The notes under the pieces were generated by a model that had not been told where the DNA came from, searched no databases, and was given only the letters and a program-made list of their open reading frames with translations. From NCBI RefSeq assembly GCF_001194135.2, contig NC_068982.1:5882887-5935355 (forward strand): a stretch of DNA of 52,469 nt, given 5' to 3'. The position numbers were made by a program, and so were the translations under genes. Source of the stretch: Octopus bimaculoides. Its lineage: Eukaryota. Shown piece after piece: positions 47,375-52,469 of the stretch (the stretch's first letter is position 1; each line of letters opens with the position of its first letter).

Positions 47375-48519
47375 NNNNNNNNNNNNNNNNNNNNNNNNNN
47401 NNNNNNNNNNNNNNNNNNNNNNNNNNNNNNNNNNNNNNNNNNNNNNNNNNNNNNNNNNNNNNNNNNNNNNNNNNNNNNNNNNNNNNNNNNNNNNNNNNNN
47501 NNNNNNNNNNNNNNNNNNNNNNNNNNNNNNNNNNNNNNNNNNNNNNNNNNNNNNNNNNNNNNNNNNNNNNNNNNNNNNNNNNNNNNNNNNNNNNNNNNNN
47601 NNNNNNNNNNNNNNNNNNNNNNNNNNNNNNNNNNNNNNNNNNNNNNNNNNNNNNNNNNNNNNNNNNNNNNNNNNNNNNNNNNNNNNNNNNNNNNNNNNNN
47701 NNNNNNNNNNNNNNNNNNNNNNNNNNNNNNNNNNNNNNNNNNNNNNNNNNNNNNNNNNNNNNNNNNNNNNNNNNNNNNNNNNNNNNNNNNNNNNNNNNNN
47801 NNNNNNNNNNNNNNNNNNNNNNNNNNNNNNNNNNNNNNNNNNNNNNNNNNNNNNNNNNNNNNNNNNNNNNNNNNNNNNNNNNNNNNNNNNNNNNNNNNNN
47901 NNNNNNNNNNNNNNNNNNNNNNNNNNNNNNNNNNNNNNNNNNNNNNNNNNNNNNNNNNNNNNNNNNNNNNNNNNNNNNNNNNNNNNNNNNNNNNNNNNNN
48001 NNNNNNNNNNNNNNNNNNNNNNNNNNNNNNNNNNNNNNNNNNNNNNNNNNNNNNNNNNNNNNNNNNNNNNNNNNNNNNNNNNNNNNNNNNNNNNNNNNNN
48101 NNNNNNNNNNNNNNNNNNNNNNNNNNNTATTTTAACTGATATTTGTCTTTTTTAATTGAGGAAATATCAGGAAAAGTCTTGAATAATTTTTTTATATTAT
48201 CGAAGTAAAAATAGGCGGTGAGCTGGCAGAATCATTGCTGCGTCGAACAAAAATGCTGAGCAGTATTTCGTCTACTCATAACGTAAGTTCTGAGTTCAAA
48301 TTCCACCGAGGGCGGCTTTCTCTTACATCCTTTCAGAGTCTATAAAAATAGTCGAACACTGGGGTCGATGTAATCGATTCAGCCCTTTCCCCCTGAATTA
48401 CTGACCCTTTGCCAAAATCCGAAGCCAATATTATTTAACTAAAAGCGTTTATTCATGAGGCATTTCATTTTATATTTTGCAGACTTAGTAATTACATTTA
48501 CTTAGATAACTTCTCCTTT

Positions 48520-50090
48520 GATAACATTCCTAATCAGTGAGGTTGAATTGTTTCTTCATCTGCGAATACTCCCAGGTATGTTAGTCCACCCGCTCTGCTG
48601 TGAGAAGCAGAAAGATTGTTAGCGTGTCAATAGTGAAGTTGGAAAATACACTTCGCACCACTTTACATTTTTTCCTTGAGTTTTCTTTTATCCACACAAC
48701 AAAAGTGGGCCTTATAAGAAATTGGAATTTTCCTAGAATGAACTGTTATTCAATGTCAGACGGTTGAAGGCAAATCCGCGAATCATGAACACTCTTCCAA
48801 AGTCAACGTCGCTGAGTTTGCTGATGGTCAGTAAATTGTTAGGAGCATTGAAGACCATGTATCGAGTACCATTGCAGCGGCCATTCCTGTTGTCTAAGTT
48901 TAGGAGAAGTAATACTGGACCTCGCATCTTGATTTCATTATGTGAAGGGTAGACCCCTTATATTTAATGAATTCTAAAATTCTGTGGGACAAGGAAGACT
49001 TTGATTTTCTTCGGCCATCGAGTCTACGTTTCTCAATGTGATCACATTCCCAGCAATTTTTTTAATAATTTCATCGTTTAGTTGATCAACCTCATCGATT
49101 TTGTTGTTGTTGTTGTTCGAATAGGTCTTGAAGATATCCATTGCTCATTTTCGCAGTGTGTTGCTAGATTGGCATTAACAATACCAGAATTCTTTTTCTC
49201 TCTCAACTAGTTCTAGCAGTTTCCATGATGGTTTAGTCGATTAAACACAGCAAAATCTTCAAGAACGGGCAGTCCGTCCGAGCTTCTATAGTGTAGCTGC
49301 TATGATGATACAGCAAGCCCAATTCGAACTACTGGACAGTAGCAAGTTCAGCAAGACGGTTTATTTGCTCCTCTTCGAACATCAATAAACCATTTCACTG
49401 TCATCGATTTTTCTTTTGGTTGACTCAAAAGCAATTCTGTAGGTTATTCTGCATAATTTATGTGAACAGTTTAACAATGTTTGGCGGAAAGATTAAGAGA
49501 CTAATTTATTGCTCGTTGTCTACAGCTGGCAAACCACAACTGCTGACGTTATATTGAGTCAATTGATTATCCAATGCGGACAGCATGTCATGACTGCTTC
49601 TGTTGCATTTTTAATTGTTTCGCTTCTGTAATGTAAAAAAAATTATCAATAATATTGCCACGAAACATGATATATAGATTTAAAGGCTCAGACAGAGAGC
49701 AGAAATAAAGAATTGCAACGAATAGAATTCTGAGCTTTCTGTAGACTGAGTCGACGTCTCATTCTTGCATACTTGTCATTCTCGATAATTTTGAAGGAGA
49801 TTCAATGTTTAGCATGTTTTAACTCTTACAGTTCACGTTGTTGACTGTATGCAACTCACCAAAACTTGTAGCTCCGGTTCTATCACGTGGCAATAGTTTG
49901 AAATAGCTAAGTTCTCCTTGAGACAGATGGTCAGCATATACACTGCGGTGGTCTTTGGTGTTTATTATAATTGCCTTGTCAATTTCTCCAAGTCTTATTT
50001 GATGATTGACGCGCATAATGTTCAGAAAGTTACAATACATATTTCTTACTTCTGGATTTTTCGGCGTTTTTCACGTAATAAGATGTGTGT
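48520..50090 (-). mobile_element. Helitron RepHel relic (linker + PIF1 helicase)
   Basis: GELSYFKLLPRDRTGATSFGELHTVNNVNC, FIDVRRGANK (decayed Walker A), IAATL*KLGRTA, PVLLLLNLDNRNGRCNGTRYMV, KFQFLIRPTF..IKKTQGK. Confidence 0.85.
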
Positions 50091-50123
50091 TTAGTTGGAT
50101 CTATCTATCTATCTATCTATCTA

Positions 50124-50178
<55 letters not shown>

Positions 50179-50873
50179 ATATTATTAGGGACAAAATCCA
50201 AAATTACAGGTAAAAAACTCAATTAAAATCAATTTATAAAAAATTAAATTGAGCCTTATAGATAAAGTATATATAAAATATATATAGTTTTAGGGAAAAC
50301 AACCAATTTTCAAGAACTCATCGATGAAAATCCACCATCACATATAGAAAAATTAATAATTAAAAGCACAATATATATATACATGTATATATATATATAT
50401 ATGTATGTATATATGTATATATTTATGTGTATGTGTGCTTATGTCTGTATTTGTTCCCCCAAATCGCTTGATAACTGATGTTGGTGTGTTTACGTTCCTT
50501 GCGACTTAGCGGTTCGGCAAAAGAGACCAATAGAATAAGTACTAGGTTTACAAAGAATAAGCCCTGGGGTCGATTGTCTTCGACTAAAACACTTTAAGGT
50601 GGTGCTCCAGTATGGCAGCAGTCAAATGACTGAAACAAGTAAAAGAATAAAAGAATAGAAATCGCTAATGACATTTAATTATAAAATTACTGTCGGATCT
50701 CTTTATACACATCGAATGGCTATGCAGGGCCAGGAATCACAGGGCTTCACAGACAAAAATTGGTTGAGAACGACTTATAATACTTAGAAGGCAATTGATA
50801 TATTCGTTATAGCTTGATTTAGACACAATGCTAGATAAGAACACTATCATATAGATAAATTGATACCGTAAGT

Positions 50874-51178
50874 CAGTGCTACTCAAACTGGGAGCTCGCT
50901 GACCGGTTCCGGTCCGCGAGTCATCGGCTGTTGGTACGCAGCGACTTTACAGAAAAGAAACATTATAAAACGCTTATAAAATGCTTATGTAATATTGTAT
51001 TATTTGTTTACAAAATAAATATCAGATAAAAAAAAATTGTCAACTTTTATTATATTCATTATATATATTGTTTCCGGTATAAATTAATATTACTAAGAAA
51101 TATTATGGGTCCCTGGCACAGTGGAAAAAAAAAAAAAAGACTGCCTGTACGCCACATCTGATAGTTTGAGAAGCATTT
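50874..51178. mobile_element. hAT MITE
   Basis: TIRs CAGTGCTACTCAAACT / AGTTTGAGAAGCATTT; perfect 8-bp TSD CCGTAAGT (50866-50873, 51179-51186). Confidence 0.85.
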
Positions 51179-51512
51179 CCGTAAGTGACTCTCTGTCCGC
51201 CAATTCAATATAACCCTTGTCTTCTTCATCAATGAGTTGAACCACTCGCTAATGTACATGGAATGTCATGAAATCCGTGCATGCTACACAAAGGACTCTT
51301 AATAATCTTGGCAGAAACGTTAGCACACCGGGCGAAATGCTAACCGATATTTCATCTGTCTTTATGTTCTGAGTTCAAATTCCACCGAGGTCGACTTTGC
51401 CTTTCATCCTTTCGAGATCGATAAATTAAGTACCAGTTGCGTACTGGGGTCGATCTAATCGATTGGCTTCCTCTGCAAAAACTTCGGGCCTTGTACCCAG
51501 AGTAGAAAAGTG

Positions 51513-51543
<31 letters not shown>

Positions 51544-52435
51544 GCGCTCGTGTGTGCGTGATGTGTGTCGGTTTGTGTCTGTGAGCACTGTGCAAGTTTG
51601 CTAACAGAAACCTTTATGCTACGCATATTCAAATTCGATAAGATGCATTTACTTATTACAGTGCTAACGGGTATTTTTGTAACCTCTCAGAAGGAGGCAT
51701 TTTATTGCCAATTACAGCATTACCATAAAATTTATGTCATAAATTCAGAAAACGTCTTTTGCGTTGAAGCGCTCGCGCACGCACACACACACACACGCAC
51801 ACACACACACATACACATACACACACACACACACTTGCTAGGCAATCTCATTCATCGCCATTCACCACGTGACTAAAATTATTCAAATTATAGCGACATT
51901 GATATTTTATGCGGCATACTGCATTTTATTTCAGAATATACAGTTAATTACACAAATGTACTTGTGACACGTCTTTTCGATTGATTACAGATTTCTCGTT
52001 AACATAAAACCACAATAAAAGACGCTCCATGGGGTTACTTAACCTATCAACGTGTGTATTTTTATTCGCCTTTTAGTAATTTTACTTGCTTAATTGTGAG
52101 TAGTATGGTGACTGCCGGCTTATCGAAATTCCTTGGGATTTCATTACGGGAGGACGAGGTTAAGCTCAGTTTATGGCATATTAACCGTCCACTTTTTGCC
52201 ATCTACACTAGCTGCATAAATGATCGAAAGTCACTCATATCCTATGCTACACTTGGATTCCTGGATCGTATTTATCTAGGCGTGGCTGTGTGCAAAGAAA
52301 CTTGCTTTCAAACCACACTGTTTCAGGTTCAGTCCCACTGCGTGGCACTTTGAGCAAGTGTCTTCTACTATAGCCTCGGGCCAACCAAAGCCTTTGTGAG
52401 TGGATTTGATAGACGGAAACTGAAAGACGCCCGTC

Positions 52436-52469
<34 letters not shown>

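Noticed and set aside
47371-48135. Long ORFs spanning N runs (also 3447-3972, 10584-11577, 30619-30975, 36639-37322)
   Set aside because: Artefacts of assembly gaps.

Overview
AT-rich, repeat-saturated eukaryotic DNA. The SINE families, (TA)n/(AAT)n/(CAT)n microsatellites and gene content point to a coleoid cephalopod, probably Octopus (inference). Seven N gaps: 3593-3857, 8198-8264, 10903-11444, 30701-30904, 36773-37200, 37950-37959, 47375-48127. One host gene can be fully reconstructed: a 7-coding-exon CHST15/GalNAc4S-6ST-like carbohydrate sulfotransferase on the minus strand (ATG 39020 to TGA 18630; 1284 nt, 427 aa, all GT-AG introns with matching phases). The rest is transposon debris: three or more tRNA/RTE-tail SINE families; hAT, mariner, piggyBac and probable Merlin MITEs (several with intact TSDs); and relics of hAT, Merlin, mariner, Helitron, RTE, CR1/L2-like and Penelope elements. 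The most notable pattern is eight minimal hammerhead-ribozyme-like motifs with palindromic stem III. Four of them belong to a ~300-bp tRNA-headed, hammerhead-tailed element that also occurs as a head-to-head inverted pair. Repeat boundaries without TSDs are approximate, and family names come from recalled motifs, not database searches.
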